Notes: generated from the letters alone by a model not told the origin. Counted from the first letter of the stretch, positions 48,371-59,022 are shown. The stretch is DNA of 64,000 nt from Dehalococcoidia bacterium (GCA_050250415.1 JBFWOO010000001.1:84096-148095), one strand, 5' to 3'. Program-made: numbers and translations.

Positions 48371-49275
48371 GCGCGGAGCCGGTCGATGTCACGCCGCTGC
48401 GCGGTGGGAAGCCGCCGTGGCTGAAGGCGCGGTTTCCCTCGGGTGAGCGGTTCGCGCACATCGAGAGTCTGCTGCGCGAGCAGTCGCTCCACACCGTCTG
48501 CGAAGAGGCGCACTGCCCGAACATCGGCGAGTGCTTCAACGCCGGCACCGCGACGTTCATGATCCTCGGCGACACGTGCACGCGCGCCTGCGGTTTTTGC
48601 GCCGTGAACTCCGGCCGGCCCGAGGGGCTTGACCTGCTGGAGCCGTACCGGCTGGCGCGCACCGTGCAGGCGCTCGGGCTGGACTACGTCGTGATCACCT
48701 CGGTGAACCGCGATGACCTCCCGGACGGGGGCGCATCGATCTTCGCGGCGTGCATCCGGGCGATCCGCCGCCTACGCCCGGAGTGCGAGGTCGAGGTGCT
48801 CATCCCCGACTTCGAGGGGGACGAGACGGCCCTCGCCACCGTCCTCGAGGCGGGGCCCGTCGTGCTCAACCACAACATCGAGTCTGTCCCACGCCTCTAC
48901 CCGCGCGTGCGGCCGAAGGCGCGCTACGGCCGCTCGCTCGCACTCTTCCGCCGCGCGAAGGCGCTGCACGCTGACGTGCCCGTGAAGAGCGGCCTCATGC
49001 TCGGCCTCGGCGAGACGTTCGAGGAAGTCGTGACGGTACTGGAGGACCTACGCGGCGCCGGCGTCGACCTCGTCACGGTGGGGCAGTACCTGCGGCCGTC
49101 GCTGAAGCACCTCCCCGTGGACCGCTACGTCACCCCCGAGGAGTTCGCCGCGGTGCGCGAGGCGGGCGAACGCCTCGGCTTCGCGCACATCGAGTCCGGG
49201 CCGTTCGTGCGTTCCTCGTACCACGCGGGGGAGCAGGCGCAGGCCGCCCGCACGGCCGAGGTGGAGCGGAGCTGA
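48367..49275 (+). CDS. lipA: Lipoyl synthase
   Basis: CEEAHCPNIGEC; CTRACGFC; RSSYHA; GTGA overlap with lipB. Confidence 0.96.
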   Translation: MSAEPVDVTPLRGGKPPWLKARFPSGERFAHIESLLREQSLHTVCEEAHCPNIGECFNAGTATFMILGDTCTRACGFCAVNSGRPEGLDLLEPYRLARTVQALGLDYVVITSVNRDDLPDGGASIFAACIRAIRRLRPECEVEVLIPDFEGDETALATVLEAGPVVLNHNIESVPRLYPRVRPKARYGRSLALFRRAKALHADVPVKSGLMLGLGETFEEVVTVLEDLRGAGVDLVTVGQYLRPSLKHLPVDRYVTPEEFAAVREAGERLGFAHIESGPFVRSSYHAGEQAQAARTAEVERS

Positions 49276-49278
49276 GCG

Positions 49279-50643
49279 ATGCCTGAACGACTGGTGGTCA
49301 TCGGCGGGGACGCCGCTGGGCTCTCGGCGGCCACGAACGCGCGGCGCTCTCGTCCGCCCGGGGATCTCGAGATCGTCGTGTTCGAGCGGGGCGACTGGAT
49401 CTCCTTCTCCGCCTGCGGCGAGCCGTACTTCGTCGCGGGGATCGTCGATCCGGTGGAGGCGCTGCTCGCGCTCTCCGAGCGCGAGGCGGCGGAACGCTCG
49501 ATCGAGGTGCGGAAGCGCTGCGAGGTGATCGCGATCGACACGGCGACGCAGACCGTGACCGTGCGCGACCACCTTGCCGCCCGCGAGGAGGTGGTGGGGT
49601 ACGACCTCTTGATGTACGCGACGGGGGCGTCGGCCCGGCAGATCCCGCTGGAGGGCGCGCGCCTTCGCGGCGTCTTCCATATGCACACGCTGGACGACGC
49701 GATCGCGGCGCGGGCCGCCGTCGAGGACGGTGTGCGGCGGGCGGTGATCGTCGGCGGCGGGTACGTCGGCATCGAGATGGCGGAGGCGTTCCACCACCGC
49801 GGCATTCACACCACGATTGTCTCCGCCGAGGACACGCTACTTGCCGGAACGTTCGACGAGTCCTTCGCGCTCCAACTGATGGAGCAGGTCCGGTCGCTCG
49901 GGATCGACATCGTGGCGGGGGAGCGCGTCGGCTGCCTGAGCGGCGTCGACGGCCACGTGCGGGCGGTGGGCTGCGATGGCGACACGCTGCCGGCGGACAT
50001 CGTGATCGTCGCGGCAGGCACCGTCCCGAACGTCGAGCTCGCCCGCAACGCCGGCCTGCGGCTGGGAGAGACGGGCGCGGTGTGGGTGGACGACCACCAG
50101 CGCGCGAGCGTTTCCAACGTCTACGCCGGCGGCGACTGCGCCGAGTCCGTCCACCGCCTCTCCGGCAGGCCGGTGAACATCCACCTCGGGACGTACGCGA
50201 ACCGGCAGGGGCGTGTCGCCGGGCTCAACATCGGCGGCGGCGACGAGGTGTTCCCGGGCGTCCTCGGCACTGCGATCGCGAAGGTGATGGACATCGAGAT
50301 CGCCCGCACCGGCCTGACCGAGCAGGAGGCGCGAGGGCTGGGCCGCGACGTCGTCGTGACGGAGTTCGAGGCGAACACGGCCGCGGGCTACTGGCCCGAG
50401 TCGCGGCGGATGCGCATGCGGGTGATCGGCGACCGCGGCTCCCGGCAGGTCCTCGGCGCACAGATCTTCGGCGGGCGCGGGGCGGGCAAGCGGATCGACG
50501 CGATGGCGATGGCGATCTGGAACGAGATGACCGCGGACGACCTGGTGAACGCGGACCTCTCCTACGCGCCGCCCTTCTCGGGCGTCTGGGACCCGGTGCT
50601 CCACGCTGCCCGGCTGCTCCAGTCCGTGCTCGACCGTGCGTAG
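49279..50643 (+). CDS. CoA-disulfide reductase / NADH oxidase family flavoprotein
   Basis: GGDAAG; SFSACG redox Cys; GGGYVG; YAPPF. Confidence 0.88.
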   Translation: MPERLVVIGGDAAGLSAATNARRSRPPGDLEIVVFERGDWISFSACGEPYFVAGIVDPVEALLALSEREAAERSIEVRKRCEVIAIDTATQTVTVRDHLAAREEVVGYDLLMYATGASARQIPLEGARLRGVFHMHTLDDAIAARAAVEDGVRRAVIVGGGYVGIEMAEAFHHRGIHTTIVSAEDTLLAGTFDESFALQLMEQVRSLGIDIVAGERVGCLSGVDGHVRAVGCDGDTLPADIVIVAAGTVPNVELARNAGLRLGETGAVWVDDHQRASVSNVYAGGDCAESVHRLSGRPVNIHLGTYANRQGRVAGLNIGGGDEVFPGVLGTAIAKVMDIEIARTGLTEQEARGLGRDVVVTEFEANTAAGYWPESRRMRMRVIGDRGSRQVLGAQIFGGRGAGKRIDAMAMAIWNEMTADDLVNADLSYAPPFSGVWDPVLHAARLLQSVLDRA

Positions 50644-50753
50644 TCGAAGCGTCCGGAGCGCGAGGCCTACCCGTACATCGCTCCGTCACACAATCTTCTT
50701 GCGGCGGGCATCAGCGCCCGTGCACATACCGACTGCATGCGTAGCATGACCGC

Positions 50754-52079
50754 ATGCTGCGCCGGCTGCTTCCAGGCGTGTACGAGGGCTGGCTCGTCGT
50801 TGGAGCCTCGGCGTTCACCGTGCTCCTCATCGGCGCCTCCTTCTTCTACGGCTTCGGCACGATCTTCAACGAGGTCATCGACGAGTTCGGGTGGAGCGTC
50901 GCCGCGACGTCGCTGGCGTTCTCCCTCCGCTCCGAGGTCGGCGGCCTGGCCGCACCGTTCATCGGGACGTTGATCGACCGGCTGGGCGCGCGCAAGGTGA
51001 TCCTCGGCGGCATCGTGATCTCGGCCGGCGGCGTCTTCATCATGTCGCTGATCCAGGAGCTCTGGCACTTCTACCTCGCGATGATCGTCATCGCGTTCGG
51101 CACCTCCGCGGCCGGAGGCCAGGTCGGCCTCGCGGCGATCGCGTCGTGGTTCGAGACGCGGCGGGCGGCGGCGATGTCGGTGATGACGCTGGGTGGTGGC
51201 CTGGGCGGCCTGCTCGTCGTCGTGATCGCGTGGCTGGTCGAGCTGTTCGGCTGGCGGGACGCGCTGCGCCTGCTCACGGTGGTGATGCTGACCGCGGGCG
51301 TCCTCGCGGGGCTGCAGATTCGCACCCGGCCCGACGACCACCACCAGCCGATGGACGGCCGCCGCTACTACGACGACCTGGGTGGCGAGGTGCGCCCCGC
51401 GGCGAAGTGGGGCATCCCGTGGCGCCTTGCCGCGCGGACTCGGGCGGCGTTCTTCATGTCGCTCGCAATGATCGCGCTCGCCTTCGGCACGACGACGGTC
51501 GTGGTCCTCCAGATCCCGTACATGGAGAGCCAGATCGGCGTCTCGAAGGCGGTCGCGGGGGCGACGGTGACGGCGCTCACGGTGATCTCGATCGTCGGGC
51601 GGCTCGGTTTCGGGTTCCTCGCCGACCGCTACTCGAAGCGGATGATGCTCGCGGTCTCGACGGCGATGGTCGTCGTCGGGCTGATCGTGCTCGCGGTCGC
51701 GAACTCGCTGCCGATCGCGCTGCTGGGCATCGTCCTCTTCGCACCCGGCTTCGGCGGATCGATCCCGGTCCGCCCGGCACTCATCGCGGACTACTTCGGG
51801 ACCAAGTACTTCGGGACGATCAACGGCCTCGGCGCGCTCGTGATGACGACGGGCGGGGCGCTCGGGCCGTGGCTCTCCGGCGTGCTGGTCGACCGCACCG
51901 GCGAGTACACGGCGGCCTGGTGGCTGTGCGCCGCCGTGACGGCGCTGGCGATCCCGCTGTTCCTCCTCGCCTCCCCGCCGACGGTGCTCGTTGCCCACTA
52001 CCGCGAGGAAGCCCGCCTGGAGGCCGAGCGCCTGGGTACTGAGGTGGGCGACGTCGGGACGCTCGTCGTCGGCCACTAG
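50754..52079 (+). CDS. MFS transporter
   Basis: About 12 TMs; GTLIDRLGARK and GFLADRYSKR motifs. Confidence 0.9.
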   Translation: MLRRLLPGVYEGWLVVGASAFTVLLIGASFFYGFGTIFNEVIDEFGWSVAATSLAFSLRSEVGGLAAPFIGTLIDRLGARKVILGGIVISAGGVFIMSLIQELWHFYLAMIVIAFGTSAAGGQVGLAAIASWFETRRAAAMSVMTLGGGLGGLLVVVIAWLVELFGWRDALRLLTVVMLTAGVLAGLQIRTRPDDHHQPMDGRRYYDDLGGEVRPAAKWGIPWRLAARTRAAFFMSLAMIALAFGTTTVVVLQIPYMESQIGVSKAVAGATVTALTVISIVGRLGFGFLADRYSKRMMLAVSTAMVVVGLIVLAVANSLPIALLGIVLFAPGFGGSIPVRPALIADYFGTKYFGTINGLGALVMTTGGALGPWLSGVLVDRTGEYTAAWWLCAAVTALAIPLFLLASPPTVLVAHYREEARLEAERLGTEVGDVGTLVVGH

Positions 52080-52110
52080 CCGCCGAGGACCTCGGAGCGG
52101 TGGAAGCAGC

Positions 52111-52132
52111 AGGGCGCCCTCGCGGGCGCCCT
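52111..52132. terminator. Hairpin between convergent genes
   Basis: AGGGCGCCC-TCGC-GGGCGCCCT. Confidence 0.45.
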
Positions 52133-52153
52133 CGTCGTTCGCGCGTGTGCGGA

Positions 52154-52570
52154 CTAGCGCTTCGGGAAGATCTCCATCAGCACGAAGTTCGAGCTGGTCG
52201 GGTGGACCCAGGCGTTGCCGGCGTTCGGGGCGCGGTTCACCTTGCCGCCCTCGTCGATGACCTTCTGGCAGAACGCGTCGACGTCCTCGGTTTCGTAGGC
52301 GAGGAGGTAGATGCCCTCGCCGTGGGGGTTGAACGGGTTGATGCGCTCGTTCATCAGCTTGCGGATCGGGGACTCGTCCTCGACCGGGTTGATGAGGTGG
52401 CACATGACCTGGCCGTTGTAGCCCATCGGCTGGTAGTTGAACCGGCCGATCGGGTTGAAGGCCTGCTCGCCCACCTTCGCCATGCCGAAGCGCTTCTCGT
52501 AGTCCGAGATCGCCGCGTCGAGGTCGTGCACCGCCACGGTGTAGTGCTTGAACGTCAGCATCGAGCTCAT
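52154..52570 (-). CDS. VOC/glyoxalase-family protein (methylmalonyl-CoA epimerase-like)
   Basis: HYTVAVHDLDAA...GEGIY...WVHP...VLME. Confidence 0.75.
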   Translation of the reverse strand: MSSMLTFKHYTVAVHDLDAAISDYEKRFGMAKVGEQAFNPIGRFNYQPMGYNGQVMCHLINPVEDESPIRKLMNERINPFNPHGEGIYLLAYETEDVDAFCQKVIDEGGKVNRAPNAGNAWVHPTSSNFVLMEIFPKR

Positions 52571-52649
52571 CCCTCCCGGGTGTCCTGTGGGTCGTGTCCT
52601 GATCTCAGGTCGTGCCGCGGGAGACTAGCAGACCCGACGGCGGGAGCCG

Positions 52650-52877
52650 CTAGAACAGGGGCCCGCCCTTGTCGTGGATGGTGCCGTCCACGCCGATGAC
52701 GACGGGGCGTTCCTCGCAGTAGACCTCCGACTCGCACTTGTTGAAGGAGAACACGGGCTCCTCGCCGCGCTTCTCGAAGTGGATGTGCCACGTGCCCAGC
52801 ACGAGGTTGTCCGCGCGGCCCTTGTCGATCTCGGCCTGGATGGCCGCGACCAGCGCTTCGAGTTCCTTGACTCCCAT
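52650..52877 (-). CDS. Hypothetical 75-aa protein
   Basis: AAGGA RBS; coding-like codon usage. Confidence 0.65.
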   Translation of the reverse strand: MGVKELEALVAAIQAEIDKGRADNLVLGTWHIHFEKRGEEPVFSFNKCESEVYCEERPVVIGVDGTIHDKGGPLF

Positions 52878-53022
52878 GTGGCGTCCTTCCGTGGGTCCGA
52901 GCGGTGCTCGGGGCATTGTCGGCGTGAGGCTGAGTCTACCGGGGAGGGGTATCCGGTGCGCGGGCGGCTAACCCTCCTCCGACCGTACAATTCAAGGAAC
53001 GGCAGCGGCGGCAGGGGGGGTT

Positions 53023-54111
53023 GTGGCAGGTACTGGCCAGCCGAACAAGGCGAACACGGGCAACTACTTCGAGGACCTCACCACCGGGCGGGAGATCGTC
53101 CACGCGATCCCGCGGACGGTCACCGAGGGCGACGCGGCGATGTATCTCGCGCTCACCGCGAGCCGCTACCCGCTCTTCTGCGACGCGGAGTTCGCCCGCT
53201 CCCTGGGCTTCAAGCGCGAGCTGGTCCACGACCTGCTCGTGTTCCACACCGTGTTCGGCAAGTCCGTGCCGGACGTCTCCCTGAACGCGATCGCCAACCT
53301 CGGCTACGCCGACGTGCGCTTCGGCGTGCCGGTCTACCCGGGCGACACCATCACGGCGAGGACGAAGGTGCTCGGCATGCGCGAGTCCTCCGGTGGCGAC
53401 ACCGGGGTGACGTGGGTGCACACCGTCGGCCAGAACCAACGCGGCGAGGAAGTCCTGTCGTTCATCCGCTGGGTGCTCATGGCGAAGCGGGACCCCTCCA
53501 CGAACGGGGGCATCGACGACGCCCCGGCCACGCCGGAGTCCGTCGCCCCGGGTGACCTCTTCGTGCCGCAGGAGTTCGACCTCTCCCACTGGGACGCCAC
53601 CGTCACGGGCGGCGCCTACTTCTGGGAGGACTACGAGGTCGGCGAGCGCATCCACCACATCGAGGGCGTCGCGATCGAGGAGGCCGAGCACCAGATGGCG
53701 GCCCGCCTCTACCAGAACATCGCCCGGGCGCACTTCAACGCGCACGCGTTGAAGGACTCCCGCTTCGGGAAGCGCGTGATCTACGGCGGCCACGTGATCT
53801 CGATCGCGCGCGCGCTCTCGTTCAACGGGCTCGAGAACGTCGCCCGCATCCTCGCGTTCAACGGGGGCACGCACAGCAACCCGACGTTTGCCGGGGACAC
53901 CGTGTTCGCCTGGACCGACGTCATCGAGAAGATCGACCTCGGGCGGCCTGACGCCGGCGCACTGCGGCTCCGGCTGGTCGGGGTGAAGAACAGCGACCCG
54001 AACACCGAGGATCAGCCATTCAAGGTCGCCGACGACAAGGGCCGCGAGCGGTACCACCCGAACGTCGTGCTCGACCTCGACTACACGGTCCTCATCCCGC
54101 GTCGCCGCTAG
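53023..54111 (+). CDS. mch: Mesaconyl-CoA hydratase (double MaoC hot-dog)
   Basis: GNYFED...HAIPRT...FHTVFGKSVPDVSLNAIANLGYA, recalled as close to Rhodobacter/Chloroflexus Mch. Confidence 0.85.
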   Translation: MAGTGQPNKANTGNYFEDLTTGREIVHAIPRTVTEGDAAMYLALTASRYPLFCDAEFARSLGFKRELVHDLLVFHTVFGKSVPDVSLNAIANLGYADVRFGVPVYPGDTITARTKVLGMRESSGGDTGVTWVHTVGQNQRGEEVLSFIRWVLMAKRDPSTNGGIDDAPATPESVAPGDLFVPQEFDLSHWDATVTGGAYFWEDYEVGERIHHIEGVAIEEAEHQMAARLYQNIARAHFNAHALKDSRFGKRVIYGGHVISIARALSFNGLENVARILAFNGGTHSNPTFAGDTVFAWTDVIEKIDLGRPDAGALRLRLVGVKNSDPNTEDQPFKVADDKGRERYHPNVVLDLDYTVLIPRRR

Positions 54112-54165
54112 CGGCGCTCAACACCCGTCCGTGACCCTCGCGGCACGAAGCGAAGGGACTGTCCG

Positions 54166-55821
54166 ATGACCACCACCGAAGCCAACCCGGCGACCGCCGC
54201 CCGCACGCTGGTCGACGCGGCGCAGCGCATCGTCGACGCGGCGGTGCGGCACGCCGCCGAGGTGACGCAGGGCGGCGCGCTGATCGACGACCACCAGGTG
54301 CACACGGAGCGCGTCGCCTACCTCGCGACGCAGGTGCGGGCCGCGCAGGACCTCACGTCGTTCGTGGAGCGCATCCGCGCGGCGGGGAAGCCGGACGGGC
54401 TGCAGGAGCGCCTTGCGCACGCCTACGCCGCCGAGGTCGTGAACGCCCTCCGCGCGCAGGTGGACGCGGCGTGGGGCGACTTCGGGCTGACCGACGCCGA
54501 CGTCGCGCCGCTGTACGCCGCCGACGTGCGCGAGCTGGTGCGCTCGGGGCTCGACGAGGGCGCGATCCGCGCGATCGGCCGCGAGGTGATCGCCAACGGC
54601 GGCGTGAACAACATCGACGTCGAAGACGAGGTCGCGGCCCTCACACGCGACATGGCCCGCGACTTCGCGAAGACCGAGGTCATCCCGATCGCGCAGGAGA
54701 TCCACCGGCAGGACCTGCTCGTGCCGGACTCCCTGCTCCAGAAGTTCAGTGCGCAGGGCTTCTTCGGCTCCTCGATCCCGGAGGAGTACGGCGGCACCGG
54801 CATGGGTGACCTGCCGATGATCATCATCACCGAGGAGCTCTCGGCGGCGTCGCTCGCCGCCGCCGGGTCGCTCGCCACGCGCCCCGAGATCCTCTCGAAG
54901 GCGCTGCTCGCGGGCGGCACCGATGAGCAGAAGAGCTACTGGCTGCCGCGGATCGCCGCGGGCGAGGAGCTCGTCGCGGTCGCGGTCACGGAGCCGGACA
55001 TCGGATCGGACGTGGCGTCGCTGCAGACCCGCGCCGAGAAGGCCGAGCACGAGGGCCAGGTCGGCTACCGCATCAACGGGGCGAAGGCCTGGAGCACGTT
55101 CTCTGGCCGCGCCACGGTGCTCGCGCTCCTCGCGCGCACCGACCCGGACCCGAAGAGCGGCAACCGCGGGCTCTCGCTGTTCATGGTGCCGAAGCCAGCC
55201 TTCGAGGGGCACCACTGGCGCTACGAGCAGCCCGAGGGCGGCGTGATGGAAGGCACCGCGAACCCGACGCCGGGCTACCGCGGCATGCACTCCTTCACGA
55301 TCGCGCTGGACAACGTCTGGGTGCCGGAGACGAACCTCGTCGGCGGCGAGGACGGCGTCGGCAAGGGCTTCTTCCTGCAGATGAGCGGCTTCGCGGCCGG
55401 GCGCCTGCAGACCGGCGGCCGCGCCACCGGGCTCGCGCAGGCGGCGCTGGAGAAGGCCTGCCAGTACGTCGTGATGCGGAAGCAGTTCGGGCTCGCGCTC
55501 TCCGACTACCAGCTCACGCAGTACAAGATCGGGCGGATGGCGTACCTCGTGGCGGCGGCGCGCCAGACCACGTACGCGGCGGCGCGCGACTTCAACACGC
55601 GTGCGCCGGAGCCGTCGATGGCGAAGCTCCTGTCGTGCGACGTGGCCGGGGAGGTCTCCCGGGAGGCGCAGCTGCTGCACGGCGGCTGGGGCTACTCCGA
55701 GGAGGATCCGATCGCCCGCTACGTGGTGGACGCGCTGGTGCTCCCGATCTTCGAGGGCGTGAAGGCCACGCTGGAGCTGAAGGTCATCGGCCGCTCGCTG
55801 TTCGCGGGCGCCGGCGGCTAG
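54166..55821 (+). CDS. (2S)-methylsuccinyl-CoA dehydrogenase-like acyl-CoA dehydrogenase
   Basis: N-terminal extension; GSLATRPE; TEPDIGSD; GYRGM; IFEG; adjacent to mch. Confidence 0.75.
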   Translation: MTTTEANPATAARTLVDAAQRIVDAAVRHAAEVTQGGALIDDHQVHTERVAYLATQVRAAQDLTSFVERIRAAGKPDGLQERLAHAYAAEVVNALRAQVDAAWGDFGLTDADVAPLYAADVRELVRSGLDEGAIRAIGREVIANGGVNNIDVEDEVAALTRDMARDFAKTEVIPIAQEIHRQDLLVPDSLLQKFSAQGFFGSSIPEEYGGTGMGDLPMIIITEELSAASLAAAGSLATRPEILSKALLAGGTDEQKSYWLPRIAAGEELVAVAVTEPDIGSDVASLQTRAEKAEHEGQVGYRINGAKAWSTFSGRATVLALLARTDPDPKSGNRGLSLFMVPKPAFEGHHWRYEQPEGGVMEGTANPTPGYRGMHSFTIALDNVWVPETNLVGGEDGVGKGFFLQMSGFAAGRLQTGGRATGLAQAALEKACQYVVMRKQFGLALSDYQLTQYKIGRMAYLVAAARQTTYAAARDFNTRAPEPSMAKLLSCDVAGEVSREAQLLHGGWGYSEEDPIARYVVDALVLPIFEGVKATLELKVIGRSLFAGAGG

Positions 55822-55874
55822 GGGCTCGTCTCACCGGTGTTGTAGGCTCGGGGCGCGGCCGAGAGGAGCGCCCC

Positions 55875-56456
55875 CTGCCTGGTGACGAGACGCCTCACGT
55901 CGAAGTCCGTTCCCGCGCGGAGCTGCGCGCGTGGCTCGAGGCGAACCACGCCTCGAGCGGGCCGGTCTGGCTCGTAACCTACAAGAAGCACCACCCCGAC
56001 CATCTCCCGTGGGAGGAGCGGGTCGACGAGCTGCTGTGCTTCGGCTGGATCGATAGCCTCCAGCACCGCATCGACGACGACCGCTCGCGGCTCTACATCG
56101 GGCCGCGCAAGCCGGGGAGCAACTGGTCCGGGATCAACAAGCGGAAGGTCACCCGGCTCGAGAAGGCGGGACTGATGACTCCCGCGGGCCGCGCCGTGGT
56201 CAAGCGTGCGAAGGCCGACGGCAGCTGGACGATCCTCGACGACGTCGAGGCGCTGGTGATCCCGGACGACCTCGCGGCGCTCCTCGACGGAGACCCCGAG
56301 GCGCGCGCCAATTTCGAGGCGTACCCGCGGTCCGCGAAGATGGCCTTCCTCTGGTGGCTCAAGAGCGCGAAGACCGAGGCGACCCGCGCGAAGCGGCTCG
56401 ACGGCACGCTGCGAGCGGCGCGGCAGGATGTCCGGGTGCCCGGCCAGGCGAAGTAG
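55875..56456 (+). CDS. YdeI/OmpD-associated family protein
   Basis: LRAWLEANH...LCFGWID...RKPGSNWS.INK...AKTEATRAKR; start uncertain (CTG after GAGGAG). Confidence 0.8.
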   Translation: MPGDETPHVEVRSRAELRAWLEANHASSGPVWLVTYKKHHPDHLPWEERVDELLCFGWIDSLQHRIDDDRSRLYIGPRKPGSNWSGINKRKVTRLEKAGLMTPAGRAVVKRAKADGSWTILDDVEALVIPDDLAALLDGDPEARANFEAYPRSAKMAFLWWLKSAKTEATRAKRLDGTLRAARQDVRVPGQAK

Positions 56457-56563
56457 GGCATCCGGCCCGCAGCGGTGCGCCGCGAGGATCGTGCCCGAAG
56501 GTCACGGATCGACCGGGCCGGTCGGACGGGACGCGCGAGGACGCCACACGGGACACTTCGGAC

Positions 56564-56944
56564 ATGGATCTCGCGCTCTCCTCCGCACGGCGGTTCGAGC
56601 TGGCCGCCACCCTCGTCGGTGGGATCACGCTCGGGCTGCTCTCCCTGTTCCTCGTTGGGGAGGTGTTCGGGGGCGACCTGAGCGGCGTCGTGCACCTGGT
56701 CCAGCTCGTGCCGCTCGCCGCGTTGCTCGCGCTCGGGTGGCGGTCGCCGAACCTCGCCGGGGTGCTGCTCCTGGCGATCGGCGGCGCGCTCGCCCTCGCG
56801 TACTTCGTGGAGACCGCGGACTCCGACACTGTCAGCGCCGTCGAGCGCGCGCTGGTCGCGGGGCTGTTCCTCGTGCCGCCGATCGCGGCAGGCGTGCTCT
56901 TTCTCGTGGCAGCCCGACGGCCGCGCGGGGCGACGGTCCGCTAG
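56564..56944 (+). CDS. Small multi-pass membrane protein
   Basis: Four hydrophobic segments. Confidence 0.6.
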   Translation: MDLALSSARRFELAATLVGGITLGLLSLFLVGEVFGGDLSGVVHLVQLVPLAALLALGWRSPNLAGVLLLAIGGALALAYFVETADSDTVSAVERALVAGLFLVPPIAAGVLFLVAARRPRGATVR

Positions 56945-57222
56945 CGGTCGGGGTCGCGAGGGAGGCTCTTCGGGTAGCGCTTCAGGGCGTCCGTGTTCAC
57001 CTCGAAGGAGTCGGCCAGCTCGCGCAGGGCGCGCTGGGCGGTGGTGATGCCGCGGTTGTAGTAGAGCGGCGCGACCTGCTCCTCGAAGGCATCGAGGAGC
57101 ATCGTCACGGCCAGCTCACCCCACTCTTCGGAGCCGTACTGGTCGTGGAGATGCTTCCGCAGGCGGAAGAGCGCGTGATCGCGTTCTTCCTTCGCCAGCT
57201 CCCACGGGTGCGGGTCGGGCAT
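56941..57222 (-). CDS. DUF2164-like protein
   Basis: EEWGELAVTMLLD.F...APLYYNRG. Confidence 0.65.
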   Translation of the reverse strand: MPDPHPWELAKEERDHALFRLRKHLHDQYGSEEWGELAVTMLLDAFEEQVAPLYYNRGITTAQRALRELADSFEVNTDALKRYPKSLPRDPDR

Positions 57223-57238
57223 CGAGGACTCCGAGCCG

Positions 57239-57739
57239 CTACGCCGTCGGCGGGGGGGCGGGCAGCTTTGCCACGTAGTCCTCGATGTAGAGGACGTTGT
57301 CACCGGCGCGCCGCACCACCGTGAGGAGGTCGCTCATGAGCGAGACCTCCTCGAGCTGCTCGTCCACGAACCACTGCAGCATGCCGCGGGCGAGGTGGTC
57401 GTGCTCCTCGATCGCGAGGTCGTACAGGTCGTTGATGCACTTCGTGACGCGCAGCTCGGAGTCGAGGGCGAGCTGGACGGCTTCCTCGATGTTGATGAAG
57501 TCGGCCTGGCCCTTCTCGATCTCCGGGATCCTCACCGTGCCGCCGGCCTCGTTCACGTAGTTGATGAACTTGACCGCGTGCGCGTGTTCCTCGTCGGACT
57601 GGGCCTGGAACATGGTCTTCAGCTGCGGCAGAGCCTCGCGCTCGAAATAGGCGGCGATCATGCGGTACTGGATCGACGCGAGGTACTCGCGGCCGATCTG
57701 CTCGCTGATCGCGTTCGCCATCCGGTCACTAATCAGCAT
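57239..57739 (-). CDS. ftnA: Non-heme ferritin
   Basis: EQIGREY...EEHAHA...E...WFVDEQLEE ferroxidase ligands. Confidence 0.9.
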   Translation of the reverse strand: MLISDRMANAISEQIGREYLASIQYRMIAAYFEREALPQLKTMFQAQSDEEHAHAVKFINYVNEAGGTVRIPEIEKGQADFINIEEAVQLALDSELRVTKCINDLYDLAIEEHDHLARGMLQWFVDEQLEEVSLMSDLLTVVRRAGDNVLYIEDYVAKLPAPPPTA

Positions 57740-57892
57740 GAGAGGGCCTTTCCAGCGCTCGATCGATCCGCACCGATGATACCGGCGGATCTCCCTCGGA
57801 GCCCGGCAGAATCCCGTGGATCGGGACGTTGGGCGGCACGAAAACGGGACGGCCGCCGGCCGTCCCGTCTGTCGTGCCGTCCGAGGTCGGTG

Positions 57893-58105
57893 CTACTCGC
57901 GGTAGAGTTTCACGACCTTCACGCGCTCCGGGGCCTCGATCATGCAGAGGTCGCAGAGCGTGCACTCGTCGAGGTTGGCCTCGACGGTCCCGATCTTGCC
58001 GTCGTACTGGAAGATGTCGACGGGGCAGACCTCCACGAGCCGCTTGCAGAGCGCCTCGTCCTGGTTGACGGACTCGTCGATGTCGACGCGGATGAACATC
58101 GCCAT
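57893..58105 (-). CDS. Small ferredoxin (probably a single 4Fe-4S cluster)
   Basis: VCPVDIF...CTLCDLC; TAATG-coupled to the SucD-like gene. Confidence 0.8.
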   Translation of the reverse strand: MAMFIRVDIDESVNQDEALCKRLVEVCPVDIFQYDGKIGTVEANLDECTLCDLCMIEAPERVKVVKLYRE

Positions 58106-59004
58106 TACTTGCCCAGCCGTTCCTGCATGAGCCGCGGGATGTCGCCGATCTTCTCGGCGACGGTGATGCCCGCCGCCGCGAGGTTCGCGACCTTCTCCGT
58201 GGCCGTGTCTGCCTTGCCCTCGACGATGGTGCCGGCGTGGCCGAAGCGCATGCCGGGCATCTCGTCCATGAACTTGCCAGCCATGAACGCCACGATCGGC
58301 TTCTTGGAGCCGGCGCGCTTCATGTAGTCCGCCAGCTCGTACTCGGCGCGCCCACCGGGCTCCGAGTAGATTGCAATGCCGTCCGTGTCCGGGTCGGCGT
58401 CGAAGAGCGGCATCAGCTCGGCGTAGGTGCTGCCGATGACGGCGTCACCACCGATGGAAACCGCCGTCGAGACGCCCATGCCGGCCTCGGAGAGCGAGTT
58501 CGCGATCTCCACCGTCATGCCGCCGGAGCGGGACATCACGCCGATGCGGCCCGGCTTGAACGCGCGCTGCGTCGAGTTGGCCGCGCCGCCGACGCCTCCG
58601 ACGCGGGTCTTGCCGGGCGAGATCACGCCGAGGCAGTTCGGGCCGATGATCCTCGTGCCCTTCTGCTGCGCGTACTCCACGAACTGCGCCACCTGCTTGC
58701 GCGGGATGCGCTCCGTGACGACGACGACCAGCGGGATGCCCGCCTCGATCGCCTCGAAGACCGCGTCCGCCGCGAAGGCCGGCGGCACGGACACCACGGC
58801 GGCGTCCACGCGCTGGTGCTCGGTGAACTGGCGCACCGTGTCCATCACCGGCAGCCCGTGCACCTCGCGGCCCCTGCGGCCGGGGGTGACGCCACCGAGG
58901 AGCTTCGCGCCGTAGTCCAGGCACTCCCGCGCCATGGTCACGGCCTCGCGGCCGGTGATGCCCTGGATGATGAACGTCGTGTTCTCGTCGACGAGGATGC
59001 TCAT
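58105..59004 (-). CDS. ADP-forming CoA ligase alpha subunit (SucD-like)
   Basis: QGITG; IIGPNCLG; SRSGG; FGHAG phospho-His. Confidence 0.88.
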   Translation of the reverse strand: MSILVDENTTFIIQGITGREAVTMARECLDYGAKLLGGVTPGRRGREVHGLPVMDTVRQFTEHQRVDAAVVSVPPAFAADAVFEAIEAGIPLVVVVTERIPRKQVAQFVEYAQQKGTRIIGPNCLGVISPGKTRVGGVGGAANSTQRAFKPGRIGVMSRSGGMTVEIANSLSEAGMGVSTAVSIGGDAVIGSTYAELMPLFDADPDTDGIAIYSEPGGRAEYELADYMKRAGSKKPIVAFMAGKFMDEMPGMRFGHAGTIVEGKADTATEKVANLAAAGITVAEKIGDIPRLMQERLGK

Positions 59005-59022
59005 GTCGTTCTCTCCCTCGCC

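Noticed and set aside
53014-53020. Poly-G tract before mch as a phase-variation site
   Set aside because: Only about 7 G in a GC-rich genome; plausibly just the RBS
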